A stretch of 64,000 bases of DNA from a virus. A model generated the notes under the pieces. The model was given only the letters and a program-made list of their open reading frames with translations. It was not told the DNA's origin and ran no database searches. A program made the translations under genes and the position numbers. Each line of letters begins with the position of its first letter. Within the stretch, counting starts at the first letter, position 1. The stretch covers positions 1 to 64,000 of IMG/VR virus record IMGVR_UViG_3300033182_001261, one strand, 5' to 3'. Below are positions 1-9,602 of the stretch, one piece after another.

Positions 1-464
1 AGGTAAAAGGCAATCCAAAAAAGGATATCAAAAACGGTGATGATTTAGTTCTCAGTTTAATGGATAAAGGTAAGTCAAAAGAAAAGGAAATTCTAAAATC
101 TCTGAAAAAATATTATCCTAAATCAAAAGTGGTGAAAGAAGAAACTGTATCACCTAAAATGGCAGCATACCTAAATTTTCTAAACAGAAATATACAAGAA
201 GGTAAGAAAGATTATGAAACCCATCACAATACTTTTTCTTCTGCTATTGAAGAAGTGAAGGAGTTTGCTAAGAAAAACGGATATGAATTAGATGATGATG
301 ACCTTTTTCATAAAGTTGGAAGAGGTCCTAAAAAACCCTCAACAGGTAAAACAAACAGTTATCACCTTAAATTGATAAAGGGTGGTAAAGAAGATAGGAA
401 GCAATTACATTTTCAAGTTTATGGAATGAAGACTCAATATGAATTGAATATGTACATTTCATAG
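1..464 (+). CDS. Hypothetical T4-like phage protein, 5'-truncated (C-terminal domain ending YELNMYIS)
   Basis: Frame of ORF 60..464 is open back to the window start; C-terminus resembles domains recalled from T4-like phage proteins. Confidence 0.6.
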   Translation, partial: VKGNPKKDIKNGDDLVLSLMDKGKSKEKEILKSLKKYYPKSKVVKEETVSPKMAAYLNFLNRNIQEGKKDYETHHNTFSSAIEEVKEFAKKNGYELDDDDLFHKVGRGPKKPSTGKTNSYHLKLIKGGKEDRKQLHFQVYGMKTQYELNMYIS

Positions 465-466
465 GA

Positions 467-1942
467 ATGGAAATGAACAGAATATCACAATACAAAAGAT
501 ATCTTGATGAGAAAAGTGGTATACAGGAAAAAGAAGAAGTAGTCGAAGAGTTGCCTTTAATAGAGGAAGAAGTACTGAAACCTTCCGAAATTAAGTTACT
601 AGTTCTGACTTCTGCCAAGGATAGTGAAGAACCTACTGTAAATCGTCTAGAGAAAGTTTGTGAAAAAAGGAAAATAAAACTTTACAGAATTTCTTCCGAC
701 AAAGCTTACGCATCCAAAAAAGGTGAACTGAAGGAAACTTTAATCATTTACAACTATGATGGTGAAGGAAAAAGTTTAGAAATAGGTGCGAATGAAAATG
801 TAGTTTGTATAGCAAGAAGGACTGTGGTCACAAATAGAAACGCAGGTATTCTTCATAAGATGTTAGCAGACCACGGTGTTTTTTGTATTAACTCTCCTAA
901 GAGTGTACGAACAGCAAGTAATAAGTTTAGTGCTTATATAAACTTTGTCAATAATGATATCAATACACCAAAGACTTGTTTAGTCAGTGATATTGAATAT
1001 ATCGATGATGCTATTAAAGAGGTTGGGGATAAGTTTCCAGTTATCTTGAAGTTCACAGAAGGTCACGGTGGAAAAGGTGTTATGAAACTGGAATCAAGAG
1101 AAAGTTTGATATCAGTCATACAAGCTCTCCGAAGTGATGAAGAAAATTCTATAGAACTAATACTTCAAGAGTATAAGAAAATAAAAGATGACAGAAGAAT
1201 CCTAGTATTGAATAATAAAGTTGTCGCAGCTGCCAGAAGAATTAAAATGAAAAATGATTTTCGTACAAATGTTTCCCTTGGTGCTGATGTAGAACCATAT
1301 AAACCAACTAAAGAGGAAGTGGATTTGGCAATTAAAACTGCTAAATCTGTTGATTGCTATTACTGTGGTGTTGATATTATAAAGAGTGGTGGGGAATATT
1401 TTGTTTTAGAAGTGAATCCATCTCCTGGATCCAAATCACATTACTGGGATTTGGAGAAAAAATCTAACATAACAGGAACCAAATTGGTTGCCAAAGTAGT
1501 AGATAATCTAGTTGATAAAGATAATTGGAAATATCAAACAAGAGAAGTTGGAGTCATAGAGAATATAAAGTTTTTAGAGAATGGAATCGAACCTATGACT
1601 GCTAAAATGGACACAGGTAATAGTGGTCATAATGTCGTTGGTGTTACGGATTTAAAAGTAAATGGGAAAACTGCTGAATTTTATATAAAAGATACAAACC
1701 AAAAAATTAAAAAAGAAGTTCTTCCTGAAAAGTCTGTTATAAAAAATAACGGAGATGATAGTGAAGAAAGATATGTTGTCAAATTTGATATTAAAATTGG
1801 TGAAAAAGTATATAAAGATGTTCATTTTTCTCTTTCCAATAGAGATAATATGAATCACACTGTTTTAATTTCAAGAAGGTTCATGATAGATTCTAAAATG
1901 AGTGTTAATCCTAATAAAAAGTTCGTTTTAGGAGAATTATAA
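467..1942 (+). CDS. RimK-family ATP-grasp ligase fused to a C-terminal RimK-associated (retropepsin-like) protease domain
   Basis: ATP-grasp motifs FPVILK..EGHGGKGV, LQEY, DFRTNVSLG, GVDII, LEVNPSPG; C-terminal AKMDTGNSG and R..M...VLISRRF. Confidence 0.85.
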   Translation: MEMNRISQYKRYLDEKSGIQEKEEVVEELPLIEEEVLKPSEIKLLVLTSAKDSEEPTVNRLEKVCEKRKIKLYRISSDKAYASKKGELKETLIIYNYDGEGKSLEIGANENVVCIARRTVVTNRNAGILHKMLADHGVFCINSPKSVRTASNKFSAYINFVNNDINTPKTCLVSDIEYIDDAIKEVGDKFPVILKFTEGHGGKGVMKLESRESLISVIQALRSDEENSIELILQEYKKIKDDRRILVLNNKVVAAARRIKMKNDFRTNVSLGADVEPYKPTKEEVDLAIKTAKSVDCYYCGVDIIKSGGEYFVLEVNPSPGSKSHYWDLEKKSNITGTKLVAKVVDNLVDKDNWKYQTREVGVIENIKFLENGIEPMTAKMDTGNSGHNVVGVTDLKVNGKTAEFYIKDTNQKIKKEVLPEKSVIKNNGDDSEERYVVKFDIKIGEKVYKDVHFSLSNRDNMNHTVLISRRFMIDSKMSVNPNKKFVLGEL

Positions 1943-1945
1943 ATA
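1938..1945 (+). promoter_or_regulatory. T4-type late promoter TATAAATA
   Basis: Exact TATAAATA about 30 nt upstream of ORF 1978 with AAGGAG RBS; further copies at 11975, 25945, 29813, 42351, 44340, 51136. Confidence 0.7.
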
Positions 1946-1977
1946 AGTTTATAATATTTTTCTTAAAGGAGAAAAAA

Positions 1978-2277
1978 ATGGCTTTATGGAAAAAAGAAGT
2001 GGGTGATTCCGCTGGAGAAAGACCAAACTGGTTAAGTGATGATGAGAAAGCAAGATGCTATTGTGATGATAGAGGATGGGTTTTAGTTCATCTAGATGGA
2101 ACTGAAGAAGTTTTAGTTGCTGGAAGTTCTTTGAATGAATTGACAGATTCTGCTGGAGATGATGCTGCTGAGAAGGCTTCTGCTGTTTCTGCAAAAGATG
2201 TACAGATGGAAGATAAAGATGGTGACGGTGTTAGAAATTACCAAGACATTGACGATTTAGATAGCACAAACAGTTAG
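1978..2277 (+). CDS. Hypothetical late protein
   Basis: Strong RBS, late promoter, 99 aa acidic ORF. Confidence 0.7.
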   Translation: MALWKKEVGDSAGERPNWLSDDEKARCYCDDRGWVLVHLDGTEEVLVAGSSLNELTDSAGDDAAEKASAVSAKDVQMEDKDGDGVRNYQDIDDLDSTNS

Positions 2278-2346
2278 ATATAACTTGACAAACAAATAAA
2301 TTTAGTTTAAACTATAAAAGTAGTTAATTTTTAATATGGAGGATTT

Positions 2347-2838
2347 ATGACAACTGCTAATAATACAACTATGGAAACAGAAGAAACGACAACTCCTGGA
2401 GTCGGTGGAATTGCCGATGTTACCAAACTTAAAAGAGAAAGTGTTGATGTTGTTGATTTAATGACAACTGAGAGAAATAAGTTAGTTGATGCCAATGAAA
2501 AAAACGTTGAAGTTTTTAATGATTTACAAAAAATTACTAATCAAATAGTAAGTAATTTGACTGCTTTGGATGGTGCTATAGCTGGGATTTCAGAATTTGT
2601 TGATGAAAATTCTACAGAAGATGATAAACATGTAACTCGATTAAAAGAGTTGCAAGATAAAAGAGTTAAAACTGTTGATGAATTGAAATCTGCTAATTCT
2701 AAAAGAACACTCTTAATAACTGCTATCCAAGCTACAGAAATTTCACTAAATGTTTTGAACGGTATTCTTAAATCTGCTGGATGTGATGATATTAGAAAAA
2801 GTAATTTGACAGGTCTCCAAGGAATAAATAATAAATAA
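2347..2838 (+). CDS. Hypothetical coiled-coil protein
   Basis: GGAGG RBS, upstream TTGACA promoter-like site, heptad pattern. Confidence 0.7.
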   Translation: MTTANNTTMETEETTTPGVGGIADVTKLKRESVDVVDLMTTERNKLVDANEKNVEVFNDLQKITNQIVSNLTALDGAIAGISEFVDENSTEDDKHVTRLKELQDKRVKTVDELKSANSKRTLLITAIQATEISLNVLNGILKSAGCDDIRKSNLTGLQGINNK

Positions 2839-2861
2839 AAAATTTACGGAGATCTTTATAA

Positions 2862-3248
2862 ATGATAGATTTAAATTCAGAAAATATTGAAAATTTCTCT
2901 GAAAATTCTTACAAAAATCCTCAGTGTGTTTGCGCTGAGGATTTTTATGAAGATATGCAAAGAATAAAATACGTTAAAAGATTATTTAATAAATACAGAA
3001 GAGGGGAAAAGTTAAAAACTAGATTGATTTTAAATCATATAATATGTTTTTATAATGTTTTTGATAAGTATTCTGCTACTAGGATATGGTTTTATAAAAT
3101 TGATAGAGAGTATTGGACTTATTTAAAGACTTTTCTGGAATACCTCTCTTTTATGCCAGTAGTTGTTCATAGTATCAATGGAGAAAATATAATTTCTGAG
3201 AATATAGAAATTGATGAAAATATATTAATAGATTTAGGAAAATTGTGA
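2862..3248 (+). CDS. Conserved T4-like hypothetical protein
   Basis: Y.NPQC...EDFYED..RIKY.KRL...RLILNHII..YNVF pattern typical of T4-like phages. Confidence 0.75.
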   Translation: MIDLNSENIENFSENSYKNPQCVCAEDFYEDMQRIKYVKRLFNKYRRGEKLKTRLILNHIICFYNVFDKYSATRIWFYKIDREYWTYLKTFLEYLSFMPVVVHSINGENIISENIEIDENILIDLGKL

Positions 3249-4489
3249 AATTTTTAAAAGAAAACATATTAAGTAACACTTTAAATTATATAGTTCTTTA
3301 TAAAATAATATCTAGGATGATAACAAACATAGAAGATACTCAAGCTTTTAAATTGGGTATAGTTGATAAGAAGGGTAAAATTCTAAGAAAAAGGAGAACT
3401 CTTAAGACGAGAGAAGAGAAAAATGCTCTAACTCGTTTAGATGTTTTTGTTTTCAATCTTAAAAGAATTTTAGGACCCTTAGGAAGATCAAAGTTGGCTA
3501 ATATAACAGCAGCTTTATTTTTACTTAAAGAGTGGAAAAATTTACCAGAAGATGGTGAAGAAAATAGGTTTATCCTTTTAGAGTCTGAATATAATCAATT
3601 TAAATTAACTTTAGATGAAGAAGATATGGAGATTATAGAAAAAATGTCTGAAACCTTAGAGGAAGACATTGTCAATGTCGTAGGTGATGGAGAACATATA
3701 GCAGGTATAACTGGAGACCCTCCTGTTAGAAAGAAAAAGAAAAAAGTAAAAAAGAAAGATGTTCCTGATGACACTAAAAATATTAAAAAGTCTGAAAAAA
3801 TGTACGAAGGTGCTACAAACATATCTATATCTAAAAAACAGATTAGAGGTGTCATAGGTTTAGCAAAATCAAAATTAGTTCTCAAAAATATTTCTGTTAA
3901 GAATATTGCCGATGAGATTGAAAAGGTTTTGAGAAGAAAATATGACATTGAAGTTTCTACAAAAAAATCAAGTAATGTTACCCAAGGATCTATTGTTATA
4001 AATGCTTATTATGATCCTGACAATGACCAAAAAGAAGATACTCCCATAGAAATAGAATTAGCAGTTTCGGATCCAGAAGTTGTCCTAAACTTAGACAATT
4101 CTATGTGGAACAAATTTGCTGACCAATTATCTGACGCAATTCAACATGAATATTTACATATGGTTCAGTATAGGAATAGAGATTTCACAAAACCTTCCAA
4201 GTTTAAACCGAGTAAAAATAGTACAGAGATTCCTGGATTTTTTAGAACTCAACAATACCTAGGAAATTCTGATGAAATAGAGGCTTACGCATTAAACATT
4301 TCTAACGAACTTCTAAATACATATAAGACAAGAAAAGTTGCTGTTGCTAAATTAAAAAGGTTGGATAAAAGTATTTTCAAGTCTTCACCAAACCTTATGG
4401 CATACTTTATGGCATTTCATTTTGACAGCAGACACCCAGTAATAAGAAAATTGTTAAAAAAAATCTTAATATATATTGAAAAAAAATAA
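3245..4489 (+). CDS. T4-like conserved N-terminal domain fused to a zincin-like (HExxH) domain
   Basis: N-terminal AFKLGIVDKKGK; C-terminal QHEYLHMVQY ... EIEAYA. Confidence 0.65.
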   Translation: MKFLKENILSNTLNYIVLYKIISRMITNIEDTQAFKLGIVDKKGKILRKRRTLKTREEKNALTRLDVFVFNLKRILGPLGRSKLANITAALFLLKEWKNLPEDGEENRFILLESEYNQFKLTLDEEDMEIIEKMSETLEEDIVNVVGDGEHIAGITGDPPVRKKKKKVKKKDVPDDTKNIKKSEKMYEGATNISISKKQIRGVIGLAKSKLVLKNISVKNIADEIEKVLRRKYDIEVSTKKSSNVTQGSIVINAYYDPDNDQKEDTPIEIELAVSDPEVVLNLDNSMWNKFADQLSDAIQHEYLHMVQYRNRDFTKPSKFKPSKNSTEIPGFFRTQQYLGNSDEIEAYALNISNELLNTYKTRKVAVAKLKRLDKSIFKSSPNLMAYFMAFHFDSRHPVIRKLLKKILIYIEKK

Positions 4490-4540
4490 TATTTATTGTA
4501 TAATATTAATATAGTACTACTTTATTTGATGGAGAAAGTG

Positions 4541-6430
4541 ATGAAAAAGACTATTATTGTTGTTTTGTTTGGATTGATTACAGCAGGTGTTGTAGGAATC
4601 CAGATGTTTTTAGGAAACCCTATTCACGATAAACCTTATTCTCATTTTGTTGAGAATGTTCGGTCAAAAAAGGTTGATGTTGTAACCATAAAAGAAAATC
4701 ATATACAATACAACATCGGGGATCATAAATTTCAAGTTGTTAGACCGAGAGGTGAATCTGGTTCAGTTAAAGAGTTGAAAGAGCATGGCATCTCGTTTTC
4801 AGTTGATGAAAAAAGAATTGATATTATTTCCCCTGTAACTCTTCTGCTATTCATGATATTTCTATCACTTTCCAGTTTTTTGATGTGGAGAGCGTATACT
4901 TTTATTAGAAGAGTTCTGGATAACATGAACTATATGAGGGGTGGTCCATTTGATGTTATCGCAGGTGGTTCTGGATCGAGTGGTCCAAGTTCTAAGGGTG
5001 GTCCTGGAGCACCTCCAAATTTAGAATCTGGTGCTAAATTCTTCGAACCAGAAAAGTCTGATGTGAAGTTTAAGGATATTGCTGGGAACGATGAAGCAAA
5101 AGATGAACTTCAGCAAGTAGTAGACTTCCTTCAAGATAATAAAAAATATAAGAAGATGGGTGCCAAATTACCTAAAGGTGTCATTCTCTATGGTCCATCG
5201 GGAACAGGTAAGACTATGTTTGCTAAAGCAATAGCAGGCGAATCTGGTGTTCCTTTTATGTATGTTTCTGGTTCTGAGTTTGTTGAAATGTATGTTGGTG
5301 TTGGTGCTGCTAGAGTTAGAGATATGTTCAATAAAGCAAGAGAAAATTCTCCTTGTGTGGTATTCATTGATGAGATTGATGCTGTAGGTAAGAGAAGGTC
5401 TGCTTCAGGAAGAGACTCTGAAAGAGACCAGACATTGAATCAGTTACTTGTTGAGATGGACGGTTTTGCTACTTCCGATTCTCAAGTTGTCATCATTGCT
5501 GCTACAAACAGATTGGAAACTCTTGATGAAGCATTATTGCGTCCAGGAAGATTTGATAAGCACATTTCCGTCGATTTACCTGACAAAGAAGGAAGAATTA
5601 AAATTCTAAATCTTCATATTGGCAAATTACCTTTACTAAATTCAGAAGTTGATATTGCTCGTCTTGCTAAAAAGTGTGTTGGATTTTCTGGTGCCGATTT
5701 AGCAAATGTGGTTAATGAAGCAGCACTCATAGCAGTCAAAGAAAGTTTAGAAGAAGTTGACCAAAACTGCCTTGAAATGGCAGTTGAAAAAGTTGCTTAT
5801 GGTTGCGAAATGAAATCAAGAAAGCAAGATGAAAAAGAACTTGAAAATACTGCTTGGCACGAGTCTGGTCATGCTATTCTCGGTCTTGTCTTAGATAACA
5901 ACGCAGAAATAGATAAAGTGACAATTGTTCCTAGGTCAAAAAGTTTAGGTCATGTTTCTTTCCTTTCAGAAGAAAAGCATTCGACTAAGAGTCAATTGCT
6001 AAACTCCATCTGTATATCTCTTGGAGGTAGAATCGGGGAAGAAATCAGATTCGGTGACTATACTCCTGGAGCAGTCTCAGATATCCGTAAAGCAACCAGT
6101 ATTGCTAGAAAGATGGTTACACGATGGGGAATGAGTGATTTGGGGTTATTGAACCTTGATAATATCTCTGACGGTTTTAGAACTCATGAAATGTCTGATG
6201 ATATGTTACAGAAGATTGATGCTAAAATCAAAGGAATTGTTGACGGTGAATATAAAAGGGCAAATAGTATTCTGAAAAAGAATAAAAAGTCTCTTAAACT
6301 TTTATCGGAAACTTTGTTAGATAAAGAAACTCTGACAGGTCAAGAAGTTGAATCTTTGCTTGCCGATATTTTAGTGAATATGGCAGATGAGTTAGTTATC
6401 AAAAAAGAAGATGAAAAGGTTGATGAATAA
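4541..6430 (+). CDS. ftsH: ATP-dependent zinc metalloprotease FtsH
   Basis: Two N-terminal TM segments, Walker A GPSGTGKT, pore FVEMYVGVG, Walker B VFIDEID, SRH ATNR..LDEALLRPGRFD, HESGH; start moved to ATG 4541 after GGAG. Confidence 0.95.
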   Translation: MKKTIIVVLFGLITAGVVGIQMFLGNPIHDKPYSHFVENVRSKKVDVVTIKENHIQYNIGDHKFQVVRPRGESGSVKELKEHGISFSVDEKRIDIISPVTLLLFMIFLSLSSFLMWRAYTFIRRVLDNMNYMRGGPFDVIAGGSGSSGPSSKGGPGAPPNLESGAKFFEPEKSDVKFKDIAGNDEAKDELQQVVDFLQDNKKYKKMGAKLPKGVILYGPSGTGKTMFAKAIAGESGVPFMYVSGSEFVEMYVGVGAARVRDMFNKARENSPCVVFIDEIDAVGKRRSASGRDSERDQTLNQLLVEMDGFATSDSQVVIIAATNRLETLDEALLRPGRFDKHISVDLPDKEGRIKILNLHIGKLPLLNSEVDIARLAKKCVGFSGADLANVVNEAALIAVKESLEEVDQNCLEMAVEKVAYGCEMKSRKQDEKELENTAWHESGHAILGLVLDNNAEIDKVTIVPRSKSLGHVSFLSEEKHSTKSQLLNSICISLGGRIGEEIRFGDYTPGAVSDIRKATSIARKMVTRWGMSDLGLLNLDNISDGFRTHEMSDDMLQKIDAKIKGIVDGEYKRANSILKKNKKSLKLLSETLLDKETLTGQEVESLLADILVNMADELVIKKEDEKVDE

Positions 6431-7002
6431 TGTTTAAAGGATTGTTAGGACTCTTCGGGGGTTGGATAGGTAAACTTCCGAAGATAGATAGATTTTTAGG
6501 TTTGTTTGGTCTCAAAAACCTTTTATTGATAAGTGGTGTTGTAGGAACTTTTGCTGTTGCCTATTTCAGTGTTCAGAATTTTATAGATGTTATCTATAAG
6601 GAACATAGAAGAGTTTATGAGAAAATAACAACTCTTGAGAATGAAATTCTTGAGAAAGACATTCAGAATCAAAGTTTGAGTAAAAGGATAAACTCTTTGA
6701 GAACTCAAATGATGGTTCTCAATATGGGTTTCGAACAAGTTGCAGAAGCGTTGAACGAAATAATAAAAAATGAAAGAGAATCAAGAGAAAGTATTAAAAA
6801 ATTAGAGGACAGACTTTACCGAGAAAAAGAAGGTAAAAAGTCATTAGAAGAATTAGCAGAGAAAAAACCTAAAATGGTAGAGAAAATTTTTAATGATGAA
6901 ATGAAGCGGTTGAAAAGGTGTATTGAACTTTTCACTGGTTCAAAAAGAGGTGAAGATGAAAAGATTAATTGTACTGACATTTTTGGCAAGTCTGCTAATT
7001 AG
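6430..7002 (+). CDS. Probable inner-membrane spanin (Rz-like)
   Basis: N-terminal TM helix, long coiled coil, C-terminal Cys residues, overlaps the following lipoprotein gene. Confidence 0.65.
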   Translation: MFKGLLGLFGGWIGKLPKIDRFLGLFGLKNLLLISGVVGTFAVAYFSVQNFIDVIYKEHRRVYEKITTLENEILEKDIQNQSLSKRINSLRTQMMVLNMGFEQVAEALNEIIKNERESRESIKKLEDRLYREKEGKKSLEELAEKKPKMVEKIFNDEMKRLKRCIELFTGSKRGEDEKINCTDIFGKSAN

Positions 7003-7351
7003 TTTAACAGGATGTAAAAAACGACGAGAGATAATCAAAAAACTACCACCAGAAGTTGGTGAATTAGTTGAACAAGGTAAACTCAAACCTGCTCTTAAAA
7101 TTCCTGAAAAGGATCCTGTAAAACTCCATGATGTGAATTTTATAGTGGTGACTGAAGAGAATATTGAAGAGGTGTTTTCAAAACTCAAAGAGGATGAGAA
7201 AGTTCCTGTTTTATTTTCTCTTGATGGGAAAGATTACAAACTAATTTCTCTGAATGTTAGACTTCTATTGGATTACATCAAGTATCAAAAAGTTGTTATA
7301 GGTTTATATAAAGATTACTACGAAAAAGACAAAAGTGTTGACAAAAAGTAA
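6956..7351 (+). CDS. Probable outer-membrane lipoprotein spanin (Rz1-like)
   Basis: MKRLIVLTFLASLLISLTGC signal peptide with lipobox, Pro-rich linker, overlap with upstream TM/coiled-coil gene. Confidence 0.7.
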   Translation: MKRLIVLTFLASLLISLTGCKKRREIIKKLPPEVGELVEQGKLKPALKIPEKDPVKLHDVNFIVVTEENIEEVFSKLKEDEKVPVLFSLDGKDYKLISLNVRLLLDYIKYQKVVIGLYKDYYEKDKSVDKK

Positions 7352-7366
7352 TTTTTATTCTATAAT
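7338..7366 (+). promoter_or_regulatory. Sigma70-type promoter of primase (probably leaderless)
   Basis: TTGACA-N17-TATAAT, 6 nt before the ATG at 7373. Confidence 0.75.
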
Positions 7367-7372
7367 AAACTT

Positions 7373-8389
7373 ATGAGCATTTGGATTGAACAGAAGTATA
7401 TTGGATTACTATCCCCTAAGTTAGAAAAATTTCACAGAGTCAGAGAAAACCTTTGGACATTTAGGTGTCCTTATTGTGGAGACTCTGAGAAGTCTGAATC
7501 TAAGACAAGGGGGTATTTCCATTTAAGTACGGATCAAAGTTATTACATTTACAAGTGTCATAACTGTGGTTATTACACTTCTTTTACAAAGTTTTTACAA
7601 ACTCATGATTCTTTTCTATATCAAGAATACAAACTTGAGAATCTAAAAGAAACAAACCAGTTGAATAGGACTGAACCTGTTTATAAAAGCAAACCTGTAG
7701 AGTTTAACAATAAACTGAAAAGAAAAGTCAAAGAACTTCCTATGGTGAAGATGGATAATTTAGATGAGGAACATAAAGCAGTTCAATATCTGAACTCAAG
7801 GATGATAAATGATAAATATAGATGTAGATTCAGTTACACTGAAGACTTCAAAAGACTGATAGAACTAATCAGTCCAGATAAATCGAAAAGATTGAAGAGT
7901 GAGGAGAGAATTGTTATTCCCTTCTTCAATCGAAACAAAAAAATAACCCATATTCAAGGTCGTGCCCTTAATGATGATACTCTTAGGTATATTACTGTGA
8001 GTTTATCACAAGGTAGCAAGGTTTATGGACTCGACAGAATTGATAATACAAAACCAGTTTATGTTGTAGAAGGTATTTTTGATTCTTTGTTTTTAGAGAA
8101 CTGTGTTGCTATGACAGGTTCAGATTTGAATACAGAAGATTTACAAGATTGTGAATTGATATTTTTATTCGATAATGAACCGAGAAATAAGCAGATAGTT
8201 CAGAAAGTTGAAAAAATAATAGATATGGGTCATTCCATAGTATTGTTTAATGACACCTTCAGAGGTAAAGATATTAACGATATGATACAAAGTGGTCATA
8301 CCGTTGAACAGGTAAAAGAGTATATTGAAAATAACACTTTCAAGGGGCTCAAGGCGAAAATGAAATTTACAGAATGGAGAAAAATATGA
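7373..8389 (+). CDS. T4-type DNA primase (gp61-like)
   Basis: Zn ribbon CPYCGDS...CHNCG, IVIPF...QGRAL, Toprim VVEGIFDSLF, FDNE, KDIND. Confidence 0.95.
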   Translation: MSIWIEQKYIGLLSPKLEKFHRVRENLWTFRCPYCGDSEKSESKTRGYFHLSTDQSYYIYKCHNCGYYTSFTKFLQTHDSFLYQEYKLENLKETNQLNRTEPVYKSKPVEFNNKLKRKVKELPMVKMDNLDEEHKAVQYLNSRMINDKYRCRFSYTEDFKRLIELISPDKSKRLKSEERIVIPFFNRNKKITHIQGRALNDDTLRYITVSLSQGSKVYGLDRIDNTKPVYVVEGIFDSLFLENCVAMTGSDLNTEDLQDCELIFLFDNEPRNKQIVQKVEKIIDMGHSIVLFNDTFRGKDINDMIQSGHTVEQVKEYIENNTFKGLKAKMKFTEWRKI

Positions 8390-8562
8390 ACAAAGAGCAG
8401 GAAACAGACCTTAAAGAATCACTCGTCAGAACAAGAGATTTTCTAAATTTTTTAACAAATTATGAAGATTTACCTGCTTTTGTTAAATTGGATGCCAAAA
8501 GTTTGCTTAAACAGTTCCCAACAGATTACAATATCACAAGATTGTTTAACAAGTGAGTTCAT

Positions 8563-9579
8563 ATGTTTATGCAAGCCTACACTTACGATGATATCCTTCT
8601 TGTCCCTAGTAAATCTCTATATTCTAGAAATGACCCAAGTTTAGAAACAAAACTTTCTAGAAATATATTCATAGATATTCCAATCACATCTGCTAATATG
8701 GATACTATTACGGGTTATGATTTGGCAAAAACCTTGAGTGAAATGGGTGGAGTTGGATTTCTACACAGAAATATGACGATTCAAGAAAACTGCGACTTAG
8801 TTAAGAAGTGTCTAAAAGAATGGCAAATCTATTGGAGTCCAGTGATTCCGACAATAGGAGTTTCTGGTAGTGAAAAGGAAAGAGCAGAACAACTTCTTGA
8901 ATTAGGAATTTCTGGTATTTGTATTGATATCGCAAATGCTTATTCTGACAGAGTTTCTGAAATGATTAAGTTTATAAGAAGTAAAAATCGACATGTTGAT
9001 ATTATAGCAGGAAATGTTGCCAGTGGTCCTGCTGCTCTCTTTCTGGCAAGTCATGGTGTTGATGCTATTAAAGTCGGAATTGGTCCTGGAAGTGTTTGTA
9101 CAACTAGAAGAATGACTGGTTTTGGAGTTCCTCAACTGACTGCTGTTAGAATGGTAAAATCGGCATTAGTTCAGAGTAAGTATTCTGATATTCCAGTTAT
9201 TGCTGATGGTGGTATCAAAAGTTCTGGTGACATTGTAAAGGCTTTATGGGCAGGTGCTAGTACTATTATGACAGGTAAATTGTTTGCGGGATGTAAAGAG
9301 GCAAATGACCCGAACTCATACAGAGGTATGGCATCCAATTCTGCGAGACAAGTTCTACTGAATGATGGTGATGTTAATACTGTTGCTGAGGAGGGTATTG
9401 CTATTGAAGTTGAAGATGCAGGAAGTGCTAAGGATGTGATAAACGAACTTTGTAATGGGATTCGTTCTGGTATGTCTTACGCAGGATGTAAATATATCAG
9501 TGAATTAACATTATCAGATGATGTTGTTGCTGTGGTACAGACGCAAAATGGTATTGTTGAAAGTGGGACGAGAAAATAA
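8563..9579 (+). CDS. IMP dehydrogenase / GMP reductase family (no CBS domains)
   Basis: [32 protein letters not shown] with catalytic Cys, IADGGI, YRGMAS. Confidence 0.92.
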   Translation: MFMQAYTYDDILLVPSKSLYSRNDPSLETKLSRNIFIDIPITSANMDTITGYDLAKTLSEMGGVGFLHRNMTIQENCDLVKKCLKEWQIYWSPVIPTIGVSGSEKERAEQLLELGISGICIDIANAYSDRVSEMIKFIRSKNRHVDIIAGNVASGPAALFLASHGVDAIKVGIGPGSVCTTRRMTGFGVPQLTAVRMVKSALVQSKYSDIPVIADGGIKSSGDIVKALWAGASTIMTGKLFAGCKEANDPNSYRGMASNSARQVLLNDGDVNTVAEEGIAIEVEDAGSAKDVINELCNGIRSGMSYAGCKYISELTLSDDVVAVVQTQNGIVESGTRK

Positions 9580-9602
9580 AAGGAAGAATAGGAGAAAAAA
9601 AG

